From positions 1 to 64,000 of the forward strand of contig JAUCBJ010002471.1 in the NCBI GenBank assembly GCA_032718475.1: a stretch of 64,000 nt of DNA. Direction: 5' to 3'. Every line of letters starts with the position of its first letter. Position 1 is the stretch's first letter. The stretch is from Nemertoderma westbladi. Its lineage: Eukaryota > Animalia > Xenacoelomorpha. Below are positions 1 through 13,442 of this stretch, one piece after another. A program made the position numbers and the translations under genes. The notes under the pieces were generated by a model. It had not been told where the DNA came from. It did no database searches and saw only the letters and a program-made list of their open reading frames with translations.

Positions 1-3000
1 CTCAATAATGACAAGTTAGTATCTATCTATCCTACTAGTTCCATGGAGAAGGTCTCCATACGAGTAACTCATGACAGAATGCCCAGTGAAGTTGAAGCTG
101 CAAGGCGCCGCTTCACCTCAATGATCAGCCATAACCGCATATCTTCTCCTGATAGTCAAACCAACGTTACAAATGCATTACTCAATGTTCCTAATGTCAT
201 TGATCAGTCATCTCAGGTAGACTGACTACCTACCAAGTCACACACAATTACACAAGAACACCCAACCTTACAACCTAACGAACTACTTGTCTTCAACTGC
301 AATGCACAAAGTATTGTGAACAAGATGACAGAATTTAAAGCACGTATTTTACTTGACAAACCACATGTTGTTGCTATTAGTGAATCTTGGGGTCGTCCAA
401 CAATTGATATTTCTACCCTAAATGTAGAAGGCTACAATACATGCCGCAATGATCGTGGTAATGATATAATAGGAGGTGGGGTACTACTATACATTCAGCA
501 GTCTCCTCTGTATGCTTTTGAAGAATATGACCTTCCGCAACCTGTTGCTAGTTATGATGAATCGACATGTGCCATTCTCCGCTTTCACAATGATTCAACA
601 TTGGCGATACTATCTGTGTACTGTACAGGTCACCCAGTAGTTCTGACAACAATAATGTAAAGCTAATGGATTTAATTTTACATGTCAAGAATATTGCCAA
701 TGACTGTTTGATTCTCGGGGATTTTAACCTACCTAGCATTGATTGGTTTAATTTATGTAGTTCACCATCACCTGGTGCAAACAAGGTTGAGGGTGAGTTC
801 CTAGAATTCTTCCTTGATAATATGTTATCCCAACATGTATTTGAGCCCACTCATTGCCGTGTGACACACGGCAATCCCTACTTGATTTGATAATTACAGC
901 CTCGACTGATGACATCCAAGAAGTATTTCTTCAACCCCCTCTTGGGAAATCTAAACACAGCATCATTACATGTCGATACCTATTTGCTGCTGCCAATACC
1001 ACTTCAACAAACAATCTCAGATATGATCTATGCGATTTTAGACAATGGCGTGAGGATCTAGCCCATCTAGACTGGCCGGTTTTATTAGCAAATTTGGACC
1101 CTAATGCTGCATGGTTATTCCTAAAGAATACGCTCCATGAGGGTGTATCTCTACATGTTCCCACCCGTCCCTCAAAAAGCCGAAAAAATCGTTGGCTCAC
1201 CCCTGATGTATTGACAGCTGTTCATGTAAAACAACGCGCATTTAGCTACTGGAAGCGATATCCTGCTCAGCGGCCCTACCGGAGATACATATTGGCTCGA
1301 AACAAAGCAACCACTGTGTGTAGGAATGCAAAGCGGAATTTTGAAAGGAATATTGCCATGAGCTGCAAGAAAAACCCTAAAAAGTTTTGGTCGTATGTAA
1401 ATAAAAACCGAAAATCGAAATCACACATAGGACCTCTTAAAGATGCTAGTAACAAGAAGGTAGATTCCGACCAGGGTATGGCTGATTTACTTAATGACAC
1501 ATTTGCAAGTTACTTCACTAGGACAATAATCCTACAGCCGCACCTCCGCCCTTTCCTAACCTAGATTGCCCCATAATTGACTCTCTTGACATTACAAGTG
1601 AAAACGTCTTGAAAACCCTCAGTGAACAAAACCCGAATAAATCACCAGGCCCTGACCAAATATCAGCCATGGTGGTTCATGAACTAGCAAGTGTTAATGA
1701 ACTAGCAAGTGTTATCGCAGCCCCTGTCCAAATAATCCTTCAAAGTTCATTCGACACTGGAATTATACCTGAAGACTGGTTGACTGCAGATATAACCCCT
1801 ATTCCGAAAAAACCACCGAAACATAATCGAAACAATTACCGCCCCATTTCCCTGACATGCATCATAGCAAAATGCTGTGAGAAGCTCGTCCGTTCACCAC
1901 TGCAACATCATTTTGAACTGAACAACTTGTTTGACTGCTCGCAATACGGGGGACGCCATGGGAGGTCAACAGTCCAGCAACTATTGCATGTCTTAGATAA
2001 CATAAGTAACGCCTTGGATGACCCTAATGTAGAAGGCTGTGATGTCATATATTTGGACTTGAAACGGGCATATGACTCTGTTTCCATTCGTTTACTATTA
2101 CACAAACTGTACGCATATGGTGTACGAGGAAAACTGTTACGGTGGATAAAAAACTTTCTTAGTAACAGAACTCAACGTGTTGTTATTAATGGTAAATCTA
2201 GTAAATACATACCATTAGAAAGTGGCCTTCCCCAAGGAACAGTGCTGGGTACCTTACTGTTCATAGTCTTCGATAATGATGCTCCGTTGTTATTGAATCC
2301 TTGTGCAGCCTGTTTGTTGACGACCAAAAGTTATACAGACACATTAGTTCTGCCAGAGATGTTTCCATTTTACAGAATGACCTTAATGCATTGAGTACTT
2401 GGGCCAATGAATGGAAACTTACATTTAACGTAACAGTAAACTCCCAACATTAATATACAGACGAATCCGTGGCAACCTCATCACAGTGTGGAACCTAACC
2501 CATGGCAAGGCGGCCTTTCATTGGAAACAACTATTTTCGCTTGTTGTCGACACTCACCACCACAATACTAGAGGAAACTCCCTAAAGCTACACAAACAGG
2601 CCCTCAATAAGAACTTGCTCGTTTGCAAAAACTCATTCGCAAACCGAGTGGTAAACGTCTGGAACCGGTTACCCAACGACGTTGTAACCGCGACCACCGT
2701 GAATGCTTTTAAAATAGGGCTCGATCGCTTCATGCCAACTATTATGAACATTTATGACGACTCTCCCGCACGTCAAGATAACAGCCTTTTATTTTCAGTT
2801 GACAGATACTTCTTTAAGTAATTATTTCATTTTATTTCCATCAAACTTTTAACCCTTGATACATACCTATAGTATATCTTAATTTTTCTCGAATTTTATT
2901 CATATATTTTATTTCCACACCTGCGATTTTTATACATCTATGATTTTTATAAATATAATTAAAGCATTATTACATAAGTTTTTTTTTAATTTTGTTTTCC

Positions 3001-3540
3001 CGGCTTTAAAATGCAATTGCGTAACTTGGCAGAATCTTCGAATACTGCAATGAATTTAGAAATATACTGTAAATTTAATGATTACATTACATATTATGTG
3101 GCTGGTTCGAGGAATATATTTCTTGTCTTGACTTAATATTTATTTTTTTTTATCGAATTTTATCTTTAATTAATTAATCTATTTTTTTTATTTATATTTT
3201 ATCGAATTGTATCTTTAATTAATTAATCTATTTTTTATTTATATTTTATTCCCGCCCTAAAACGCAACTGCGTAACTTGCCAGCCATTGCGAAAAACCAA
3301 TTGTTTATAATATCTGAATATGTATAAGTATTTATCTTGGTGCAATGCAGACTGTATAACAGAACGTGTATATATTACATTACAGTACGTACGTAAATTA
3401 CCTTCATATTGAAATTTAATTTTACTGTAATTTTGTCCTAATCATGGATTATCTTTATTTCTGTCATTTGTGTTTGTATGTTTGACTTTTGAGACATATT
3501 TTTATTGATACTGGCGTAATTAAACTAAACTAAACTAAAC
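1..3540 (+). mobile_element. CR1/L2-group LINE retrotransposon, degenerate (frameshifted ORF2: APE endonuclease + reverse transcriptase), with 3' (TAAAC)n tail
   Basis: APE motifs NAQSIVNK, AISESW, GGGVLLY, ILGDFN and LDLII (about 290-900); RT motifs KSPGPDQI, NYRPISLT, YLDLKRAYDSV and SGLPQGTVLG (1609-2394); CR1-type C-terminus TRGNSLKL...FANRVVNVWNRLP (2486-2821); (taaac)4 at 3521-3540. Confidence 0.92.
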
Positions 3541-4515
3541 CAAAAAGTTAGCAGAAGGTCCTCAGTACGAAGATTGTTTATATTTTCATAAGATGACATA
3601 CATGCCTCCCGGAAAGGTTTTTTAGTTGTGTGTGTCCTCGAAAGTTCTGTCTGACTGTAGGTCTTTCATTGGTGTGTTACTATTAGGTTGGGCTAAGAAT
3701 TAAAATTTGTCTGAGCGATTTGACCATTGCGTTTTAGATATGTGCTACATACAGTATGTGCTGCAGTGTCATGTGCAACTAATTCGAAAATGGTCCGGTA
3801 TATTATAATGCTTTATTGGTGCACCCGTCCATATACTATACCACTCTTGGGGCTGCAATAAACTCACCCTTTCTATGCCGTAAACTGCGATCATACATTA
3901 GATTGATGGCTAGCTCCGATTACTGCTATACAACAGTTGATGAAACAAAGAATTGCGAGAGAGAAACTTATGTATTGTACTGTATCATCTATCAATCGAT
4001 AGGCCCGTTAATTAAACATCATTTAAAATAATTATTAGTCTTATTCTTTGCGGACTTCTGCTTTACAATTTAACCTTAACAAATACGACTGTTCTTGTAT
4101 AAAAGCTGTCTTCCAGGTCATACCGCGAGGACCATAAAATCTATACATTTACAATATGTGTCCGATACACATACACACACTTGTGACGTCATCATCATCA
4201 TACATACATCACACATAGTGAAGTCCTCGAATCGTTGTAAAAAATAAATACTTTAATATTGATTTATGTCCTTAGAAAACTAGTAGGAAATGGAAAGGGC
4301 AGAAAATTGAAGTCAGTCATATAATTTTCATTTGAATAGACCAAATTTTGGAACATATATGAGACGTCCCCACAGCGTGGTACTGTATATTAAGTGGCGT
4401 CCTCGGTTGTCGCAGTTCGCACGTATGGGTGTATGTTCGTATGTTTGTATGTATTTATAGACTAAAATAATAGAAAAACAATAAACTTAACCAGTAAAAT
4501 TATAGTCCTAAGAAA

Positions 4516-5048
4516 CAGTGCTGTTCAACTAATTTTGTAGTGACAATTTAACAAAACCCAACTAAATAATTAAAAATGACTAGTTAACTAACTTTTTCAA
4601 CTAATTCTGAGGTGTCTAGTTAAATAAAAGTTAAAAAGTTAACTAAAACTTAACTAAAACACAATTTTGAAAAATTCATGTAACCATAGCAACGGGTTGT
4701 TATACAACAATTACGGTATCGACAGTCACTGGGCCCAAACCACAGTCAGTCGTTTTTGATGGACAGCACTGTTACAATAGGTGATAGGATGATAAGTAAA
4801 CGGCAAATAGGCCTCTTATAGAAAGGCCATTACTTTTAAGAAGGCCGAATAGTACAGTGTGATCGGTAATGGTGGTATGGCTAATGTTTGGAATTTAGTT
4901 AGAATTTAGTTGAAAGTTCAACTATTTTTCTTCAAAAAACGCTTTAACTAACTAAATTCGTCGCGACAAATTAACTAAAACCACTTTAACTAAATAACAC
5001 CAAATGACAACTTAACTAGTTGACCTTTCAACTAGTTTAACAGCACTG
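4516..5048. mobile_element. hAT-type MITE (533 bp)
   Basis: TIRs cagtgctgttcaacta / tagtttaacagcactg (15/16 match); perfect 8-bp TSD ctaagaaa at 4508-4515 and 5049-5056; repeated subterminal aacta/tagtt motifs. Confidence 0.9.
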
Positions 5049-5270
5049 CTAAGAAAAATAAATATTATTGTAAAGAGTCCTAAGAAAAATAAATATTATT
5101 GTAAATAGTAGATTTCTTTAGTATCATTATCCAGTAGTATCTTTATCATATACATACCAAAGATAAATAGAGCAATTCATACAATCTATAATGAAACATA
5201 ATATTTCTTGGAATTAAATATGTCAATCCTTAGTTAAATATTTTGAAACATTCGAACCTTCTAGAATATT

Positions 5271-5918
5271 TTATTGTCTCTGGTAAAGCCCTTCTGCGAC
5301 GAGACAAATCAGGGCCATAACCAAAGCCCAGGGTGGTGCGACATTTTTGGAACCGCTCTCAGTAACCAATGAGGTTGCAGTGTGATTCTCTGTGGTCGTT
5401 GATTGGATGTTGACAACCCTTTCTTTCCAAACAATTGGAGAGCACGGCCCGTCGCAACATCTGTACTGGCAAGCTTCGTATGTCACTGTGGCATCATTCT
5501 TCATCCAGTTTACAAGATTGAACAATTTCACCTGAATGTCATCTCTATACTCTTCACCCACATCGCGAAGTACAACCTGCAGGTAGTAAGTACAGGCATC
5601 TTCGATAAGCGGTACACATCGTTTGTTGGAGCAAACATGATCATGAACCTCAACGGTGACTTCGTCGACATCAGGCCCCTCAAAATATCCGGAGACAATG
5701 TATGCTAACACATGGCAATCAAAACAACCGGTCACATTGGTTGTATCTTTATTGAAAAGAGCATTAACTTTTATAAATCTCTCTATTTTATCTGCTATCA
5801 TTGTTTTTATGTCGTCGTATTCAGAGGAAACAGTCCACGTCACTCCATAAGGGCAGGTAAAGTTGGAAGCAGCCATTTTTGCGTGGAATGCAAATAATAG
5901 AGTGGAGATCACTTGCAT
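5271..5918 (-). CDS. Predicted secreted, GPI-anchor-type Cys-rich surface protein (215 aa), possibly a divergent Ly6/uPAR (three-finger)-like fold
   Basis: Single intact ORF; N-terminal hydrophobic stretch; 10 Cys in the mature part ending CCDGPCS; S/T-rich linker; C-terminal hydrophobic tail VAPPWALVMALICLVA; N-glycosylation sequons NFT, NVT, NHT; splice acceptor ttttag about 45 nt upstream of the ATG. Confidence 0.7.
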   Translation of the reverse strand: MQVISTLLFAFHAKMAASNFTCPYGVTWTVSSEYDDIKTMIADKIERFIKVNALFNKDTTNVTGCFDCHVLAYIVSGYFEGPDVDEVTVEVHDHVCSNKRCVPLIEDACTYYLQVVLRDVGEEYRDDIQVKLFNLVNWMKNDATVTYEACQYRCCDGPCSPIVWKERVVNIQSTTTENHTATSLVTESGSKNVAPPWALVMALICLVAEGLYQRQ

Positions 5919-7008
5919 TTTATAAATTGATTCTGTTATCGCAGTGATGTGGTATGCAGAATTCTAAAACAGCCGTGTTATTATTAATCTACAGTAGTCT
6001 GATAGTTAAGAGGCCTACACTAGTACTGTAATATAAAAACAAGGTACTGTAAAGCGAGCGATATCGACAGTAACAGGGACATTGACAACAATATCTTCAG
6101 CATTCAAACAAGCTGTGTAATTCACATTTAAGTTAATTATAGTTATTTTTGCAGATAGGGGGGAAATTGGACGCTATAAAAATTCATCCCTCTCAAGGGG
6201 AAATTTGACGCAAATAACAGTTGATTACTCTCAAAAGTAAAACTGTAACCTTTTCATTTCTGTTTAGTTTATTGTTTTTGTTAAAATAACGTGCCACTGT
6301 AAACTGGTCCTTTCCCTAAATTGATTTTAACATTGAGGCGGGATATTAATTTGCCAAGATAGGATTTGCGTCCAGTCCCCGCCCCCCTGTCTCTATTTTT
6401 GTTATCTTGTTTTGTCCAAATATCATTCTAACAATAATATTTAAATTACCAAACTATTAACATGTAAATAAAGTTTCTACTGTAATGAATAATAATATAA
6501 TATACAAAATCTATTACATTAAGTCACAGAGAGCATAGCTTTTATTATGTACAGTACTACTCTAACAAACTTGAATTCCATCGACCAGCAATGGTAACTC
6601 AAGGTCAAGGAACTACAGAACATTCTTATCAAGCAAATTAGATATCAGCAAAGTATTATGGATAGCAACATTAACTCCCCTACTCTTCGTAAACAAGGAA
6701 AATTATGAAGCACATCCCTGCAGGGGTCGAATTGGAATTATACCATAAGGAATTCAAGAGTTGGCTGATATTGACTCCATTGCATGCACTGCACTGTACA
6801 GTTGTAGGCCTACTGTATTACGGTGGGATGTAAATGTAGAAATTCACATGCTGTAGCGGTAGGCCTACATTTTAGGGTGCACTGGCCTCTGGCCACCAGA
6901 GGAGGTGCTTCGTCTAGTAAAATTTTTTACTTTAACTCCCTTTATTCCAAAATTGTAACATCACTCAATGCCGTTACAGTAGTTATTAACAGCGAGTTGT
7001 TATTTAAC

Positions 7009-7180
7009 ACTTTACAACCTTAGAGGACATTACAGCATTGTATTGGCCTGTACATTTAGTATTGTATTGGTGTATTATCATTTATGTAATGTCGGGACAT
7101 TACATAAATGATATTACACTAATACAATACTAAATGTACAGGCCAATACAATGCTTTAATGTCCTCTAAGGTTGTAAAGT
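7009..7180. repeat. Near-perfect 172-bp palindrome (foldback)
   Basis: Arms of about 85 bp (actttacaaccttagaggacatt... / ...aatgtcctctaaggttgtaaagt) centred on gtc-gg-gac at 7091-7098. Confidence 0.92.
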
Positions 7181-7884
7181 CGAATGTAAAGATGCGAAGT
7201 CCCGTGTCCCGATCCCGTCATGGTTACCACATAAACAATAGTTGAAATTTATTATTAATTGCCTGACAACCAACCAGATAGGCCTACTGCATTACTTACG
7301 GGTAGCTATTAATAACCAGTAGCTATAAACTATTAACATGAATCCAAACGCACCCAGGTTCGTATTTAGGGGGGGGGGGGGGGGGGGAGGGAGGGAGGAA
7401 GGGAGGGGCCGAGGCCCCAGGCTTATCCCACCACAGGGGCCCCCTCACCACGATCCCACAACTATAAGGATCGACCGAACTATAGAGGGGCCGAACCGGA
7501 ACCGAACTGAAACCGAATATGGCAATTTTGAATTTTTCCACTTATTTTTCCCAAATTATATGAAAACAAAAATAAAAAGTTGTACGTATTGAAGTGTGAA
7601 ATGTGAGGTGTAGTGTGAAAAACATTAAATATTTTTGTACAGTAGAGTTTGTGTTGTACGTTTTTGATTTTCAGTTTTTATACTGATATAAACAGGAACA
7701 TCTTCAAATTTCTAATTTCAACGCCTTCCGAAAATTTCCGGAAAAGTATATTTTATCCGTAGTTACACCCACAAGAGACAAGACAACGTACCACCTAAAC
7801 ACATCTAAGCAGGAATCCCTTACTCTACTTGTGTTTTACTATATGTTTTCAGAATGTGCTTAATAAAATAATTTATAAAATAAG

Positions 7885-8060
7885 AAATTTCCGGAAAATG
7901 TATAGGAAATTTCCGGAAATAAGTATAGAAAATTTCCGGAAATATGTATAGGAAATTTCCGGAAATATGTATAGGAAATTTCCGGAAATATGTATAGGAA
8001 ATTTCCGGAAATATGTATAGGAAATTTTCGGAAATATGTATAGGAAATTTCCGGAAATTT
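7885..8060. repeat. 23-bp minisatellite (aatttccggaaatatgtatagga)n, about 7 copies
   Basis: Direct tandem units, each containing the palindrome tttccggaaa; explains the repetitive ORFs 7820-8080 and 7860-8264. Confidence 0.9.
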
Positions 8061-8439
8061 ACACACATTTCCTGACTCACATTTCCTACTAATATATTTA
8101 CATCTACATTCAGGTTTCTTTGAAAGGTATTTGCAATAAATATATTGAAAATTTAGGGTAATGAAAACGAGAGAATATGTCTCTTTCAGTATAATATAGT
8201 CTGTGAGACGTGCTTGGCGCCGTATGTACAAACTCCATATAGTAGAGCCCAGGTCCCCCACCACTGAGACCCGGCCAACAGGCCACCCACCACTCTAAAT
8301 CCGGCCCTGACCCCGAGTGTCTTATACTATAAAATAATTAATTGAAAATTAGTTGAAAATGATGTTTTTACCCTAACCAACATTAATTAATTAATCATTA
8401 ATTAATTAACTGAATTTATCTTATCTTCCCGAAGGCCAC

Positions 8440-8635
8440 AGACAAATTCAACTTTTCATTTTTTTCTAAACTTTTGCCAGACTACATGTGTACCAAGTTT
8501 GGATAGATTTCATTAAAGATTTGGCTGAGTTATTAACGTTTAAAATTTGACATATCAGAACAACAGAATAACAGACACACAAATTGAGTTAGTGGTACTC
8601 GTATGCTAAGCTGCTTACTTTCGTGGCTCGCCCCT
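8440..8635 (-). repeat. Inverted partial copy of the dispersed element at 57836-58902
   Basis: The reverse complement matches 57836-58000 (ggggcgag...cgaaagtaagc...ttagcatac...gtaccactaactcaat...gtctggcaaaagtttagaaa). Confidence 0.75.
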
Positions 8636-10785
8636 TATGCAAAAAGTTTCCGATAGAATTTTCACATATTAAAAAAGATTTTTGTTCGCCATGAAAGTAC
8701 ATGATTGGCTGGCAAATTATGGTCTGAGCATAGCAACATGTGAGGTACTCGATCCTGAATTGGTTTCTTTTTAAAATCATATTAACCATATTTAAACTGA
8801 ATAAACATTATACAGTAGGTGATATTATTTTCTTATCACCTAGGTTACAGGTTAACTACTAAAAATTCCACTTCAATGCCGAATCTAAAACAGAACATTA
8901 TGCTTAAGGACAATATAATTCCAACGTTTCCTAGTTTTGCAACATTGGGAGCACATACAGTAATAGGGATTAGTTTCCAAAATTGCAAAAATTTACCCTA
9001 CAATTAATTTCGACGATGTATTTGTCACAGTTGCCGTGGTAACCGGGTTTCAAAACGTGCCCCATCGGATTCTCCGATAGTGATTTGTGTGGGGTAGGTC
9101 AAGGTTAGAATTCCGTAGGATTATAGGAAATGTATGAACTGAAATGTATGACTTTCTGTTGCCATGGTGAAATGGTCTTTTTAACCAACAACCCGATTTG
9201 GGCTGATTTTGGATATGTTGATAAGCATAAAATTTGGTCCTAGAAAAAGTTAAATTAAATTCTGCTGCAATTTGTCCGAGGTTGAGCCCTTTTTGACTGA
9301 ACTATACAGAATGAAATAAGATTTTGAGTGGGATCTAGCGGGTCAAAAATTTCCATGCTTTTCAAAAAACTAAAATTAAAATTTTTTGCAAGTAATTGAA
9401 CCATGTAAGCGGATCCATCCCGCTACACGCCACCTACCGGGAGAATGGGGAGGTGGACTGATTTACGAATCAGTTCAGGTATGTAAGCAATATTACATAC
9501 CAGAGAATGTAGGAAGCAATGTTAGCCGGTTGATGATGGTTAATACCCATCTCAGGGGAAAGGGGCTAACATACCGGGATATGGAATTAGTAAGGATGGA
9601 TGGGCCGGCCAATGGGAAGACCACAGATGGTGGTGAGTGTATCGATGCCAGGTATACGTGTGGGGGGGGGGGGGGGGCTGTGTAATATTCCCCCTAATTT
9701 TCAATATATACAGTATATATATATATGGCTATCACGTGCTACAGTTATGTAGTTACTGTAGTTCAGTTGGCTATTATTTATGTACAGTGTCACACAGTTT
9801 CTTACCGTCGTCCGTAGGATTATTATACTGATTGAGCTGTACTCATTTAACGGTAATATTAAAAGCTATATTAACAACGATATTTATACTTTATTTCAAC
9901 CGGCCTACGGCCTTCAGTATATTCCAAGATACCACACGCGGCGACGCCTAGAGAACTACGACCAGAGGTTTACCCGGTCGGGATCCATCGCTAACTCAGA
10001 TCCCGTCACAAACCAATATAAACGCAAGTCGAAAAAACTTGCCCTAGTTTGGCTAGTTTTGAAATCGTCTCGTGGAGAGGAAAATAAAAAAAAACGTTTG
10101 TCAATTAACGATTATGACTGTATTAACGATTTTACAGAAAAAAATTGATTTTATATAAAATATTGTCTTTTTTTTTCAAAATTTTTTATTTTAAAGATCA
10201 TTTATGTTATCTTTAATTTGAGATAATAACGAACAACATCGGTAGCAACATTTGTTTGCTATTTTGGCCACCTCTGGACCACTGAGCATAGTGTGCAACG
10301 GCAAGATTGAAGAAGGACAAACGTCCACCAAAAAGACCCCCTTGGTAGAATGATCACCACCAGATCCATATAACCCCCGGCAGTTCGCCCAGCGCCAGCT
10401 AATCTGACAAACGCAGTTAATATATATTTTCAAGAATAAATAATGCAAACTGTAGACATAGAAATAAGTGAATGTAATGTTCTAGAATTTGTGTTAGGCC
10501 AACTGGTATAAAGTGTAGACCGTGTCACCATTAATGTATTGTTAATTTTACACTATGTTTCGCAATTTTTCTAGGTAATAATGCCGCTATTAATTTTAAG
10601 CTATTAATTTAGAAATAGTGGGCTAGTGTTTTGTTTCAAGGTAGCTAGCTAGCTATAGTATTTAATTAAAACACCATTATTTTATTAAATGGTACAGTGT
10701 TTATAATGTTTAAACTTCATATTAATATATTCAAAAAACTAAATAACAACAAAATTATATGCATGAGTTCTATATTAGTTTTTTT

Positions 10786-12588
10786 GGCTTGAGTTTCATA
10801 TATCGCTACATTTTTAAAACCTACTGTATATCCTTGTTACTATGGGAACGTTGAAGAGTTCTAGAACAATATAAATGTATTATATACTATTCTATTATAC
10901 TATTAATATATTATTATACTATTATACACATAAATAAAATATAATGTTCTAGAACATATAGATAGTTTCTTATTTAATTTTAAAATAGCTAGACAATTTA
11001 AAGAAATATATTTTTGTATAAATTTCTGAATACATTTGAATTAATATTGATTTATAGAGTTTATTTGTATACAGATGTACATTAACTAATTAGTTTATTT
11101 ATCCATTGGGTATTGGCTTTTGTTGGCCTTTAATATCTCATGGAATCAGTTTAATTTTCCTTTTCTTATCTGTTGCCTCCACATATATTCTTTCAGTTTT
11201 TCGGAGAATTTATCATTGTGGTTTAATGCACTCCTCACACAAAGCTCTGGCGCCGGATATTTTTCTTATTTTTCTCTGTACCTGTCTTTTAATTGCCATA
11301 TTTTGACTTTTGTACATTTCGCAACCCAATAAATTTGAAAAATAACTAGCTATATATTCTAGAACATTATATTATTTATTTTATTTATGTTCTAGTATAG
11401 TGTATAATATTAATATTAATATTTTGTTCTAGAACTCTACAATGGTACCATGGTAACAATGACGTATGTTATAAAAATGTAGTGCTATACGGAACTGTGG
11501 GGCGAGACACGTAGTCGGCGAGCCTTGGCATACGGTTCATATAGGGCAAATGGGGCATGTCCGTCTGTCTGTCCGTCTGTCTGTCCGTCTGTCTGTCTGG
11601 TAAATCTTTGAACGCGAATTTCTCGGCATCGCTGATTTGAAATTGAACCAAACTTAGTTGGTAAGTAGTAGAGGGAAAGTTTAGAAAATTTGTAAAGTTT
11701 GGTGAAAAATCATGCAGTCTGACGTCAGCTACGACAGATTATGTGGTTTTTAGAAAATGTTAAATTTCTCGCGAACGCCTCATTTTCCAGAGCTGAAATT
11801 TTGGTTGCTTGTAGAGAATCATAAAGTCTATCTTCTACGAAATTGAAAAGTTAAGACATTTAATTGGGGATCGGCTAGAGATTCCGAAGTAATGATATGG
11901 CCTACCGGTACGGTACTGCTGTACTGTACAAGTACGAAATTGCTCATCTGTCTGCAGTTCTCTAGTCTGCCGCTAGAGGGCAAAATATCTCAAAGTGCAA
12001 TTACTGATATTAGCTGAAACATCAGATATGTGCTAGAAGACGTCCGGTGTGTTTGCCGGGCTAGGAATCTCTCCGAAAAGTTACACCTCACCACTATTCC
12101 AGCTAGGTGTAATTCTATAGGACATGCAATAGTGTTAGGCCCTAGAGTAATAAGACAGCTTGCTTATTGTTTATCTCGCAAAATGATTGGCTGAGTACTT
12201 AATGGAGATTCTTTAGAATAAATATAGCTAAATAATTTTGTTGTGACATCGACATGGTATATTAATATTTCAATATCAATACTAAAACGTCATAAGGTAA
12301 GTTATAATATTTCTTATAAATTGGGTCCCCTCCACGCCTAAAATATATTACTTTTAAAACACAAATTTTCTGTTAATACATGCCTGTGAATAATCCTCTG
12401 TGTGCCTTTGGGTTGGGGTGCAGATTAATGGGGGGAAGGGGTTGAAAGCGAGCAACTTTCCCCTCTTATGATTTATTTGCGGTTTGGTTAATTTCTTAAA
12501 TACAGATTTTGTGTTAGAATTGCTCAATTTTAATTTGTATCTCATAACCGAGCCTCGTGCTGCGCGAAGGCCCCACGAACGTGTTACC
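10786..12588. mobile_element. MITE family copy 1 (GGCTAGAGTTCCG...CGGAACTGTTACC family, possibly Merlin-derived), interrupted near its right end by the 11499-12581 element
   Basis: Long imperfect TIRs with ttctagaac motifs; homologous to 12662-13442 and 14589-15083; removing the insert restores the family end ggaactgttacc. Confidence 0.75.
11499..12581 (+). mobile_element. Non-autonomous element with GGGGC...GCCCCACGAACG ends flanked by TGT and an internal (GTCY)n microsatellite (HINE/DINE-1-like architecture)
   Basis: tgt at 11496-11498 and 12582-12584; microsatellite gtccgtctgtct at about 11559-11598; both ends shared with the second copy at 57836-58902. Confidence 0.72.
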
Positions 12589-12661
12589 TTTTTTTTATTT
12601 GTTTATATCTCCAATGTGGCTGAAAAATGCACAGAAAACGATATAGGCCTACTGTACCATC

Positions 12662-13442
12662 GGCTAGAGTTCCGTATAGAACTACATTTTTAAAACTTAT
12701 ATCGTTGTTACTATGGCAAAGTTGAAGAGTTGTGTACAACAATAGACAAGTAATATATAGTATTCTAGAACATAAATAAAATAATAAATATTATGTTCTA
12801 GAACATATAGCTAGTTTTTTTTTAAATTTAAATAGTTAGTAAATAAAAAAAAAATTTTTTAGATTTTAAAATCGCTAGTATATTTAAATTAAAATAATAT
12901 ACAATATAAAATAGGCCATATGTTAAAACAAATATTATACATTTAAAATTGATATAAATGAAAGTGTTTTTGAATAGGCCTACAGAATATGTTTTGAATT
13001 AGTTTGTTAATCTATTGGGTATTTGCATTTGATTGCCTTTAATAATTCCTTGTATCCATTCAATTTTCCCTTACGTATGTGACGTCTCGACAAGTATTCG
13101 ATAAGTTTTTCAGATAATTTATCTTGATAGGCATTGCAATCCTTGCATCATGCTCTTGCGTCATAAATTTTTCTAATTTTTAGCCTTAACTTTCTTTTAA
13201 TTGCTTTGAGTTGACCTTTCTTTGTGTATTTCACCATACATTTAAAAAAAAAATTTTTATTACTGTCTCTTTTAAATTTAAAAAAATTACTTGCTATATG
13301 TTCTTGAACACTAATTATTTTATTTTATTTTTGTTCTAGAATAGTGTATATTATATTTTTTTTTTGTTCTAGAACTTTTCACTGTTGCCATGGTAACAAT
13401 GATTTATGTTATAAAAATGTAGTTCTATACGGAACAGTTACC
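12662..13442. mobile_element. MITE family copy 2 (possibly Merlin-derived)
   Basis: TIR gttccgtatagaactacattttt / aaaaatgtagttctatacggaac; GG...CC termini; internal homology to copy 1; no clear TSD. Confidence 0.78.

Noticed and set aside
7820-8264. Repetitive ORFs (FPEISYTYFRK)n
   Set aside because: Translations of a 23-bp minisatellite.
7355-8309. Possible hAT-like element around the minisatellite (caggttcgtatttag / ctaaatccggccctg)
   Set aside because: The TIR match is only 12/15 and there is no TSD, so it is not supportable.
9386-10448. Short ORFs, including a CCHC-like WANC...GDHS...CP stretch
   Set aside because: Probably decayed LINE ORF1/RT fragments; the motifs are too degenerate to annotate.
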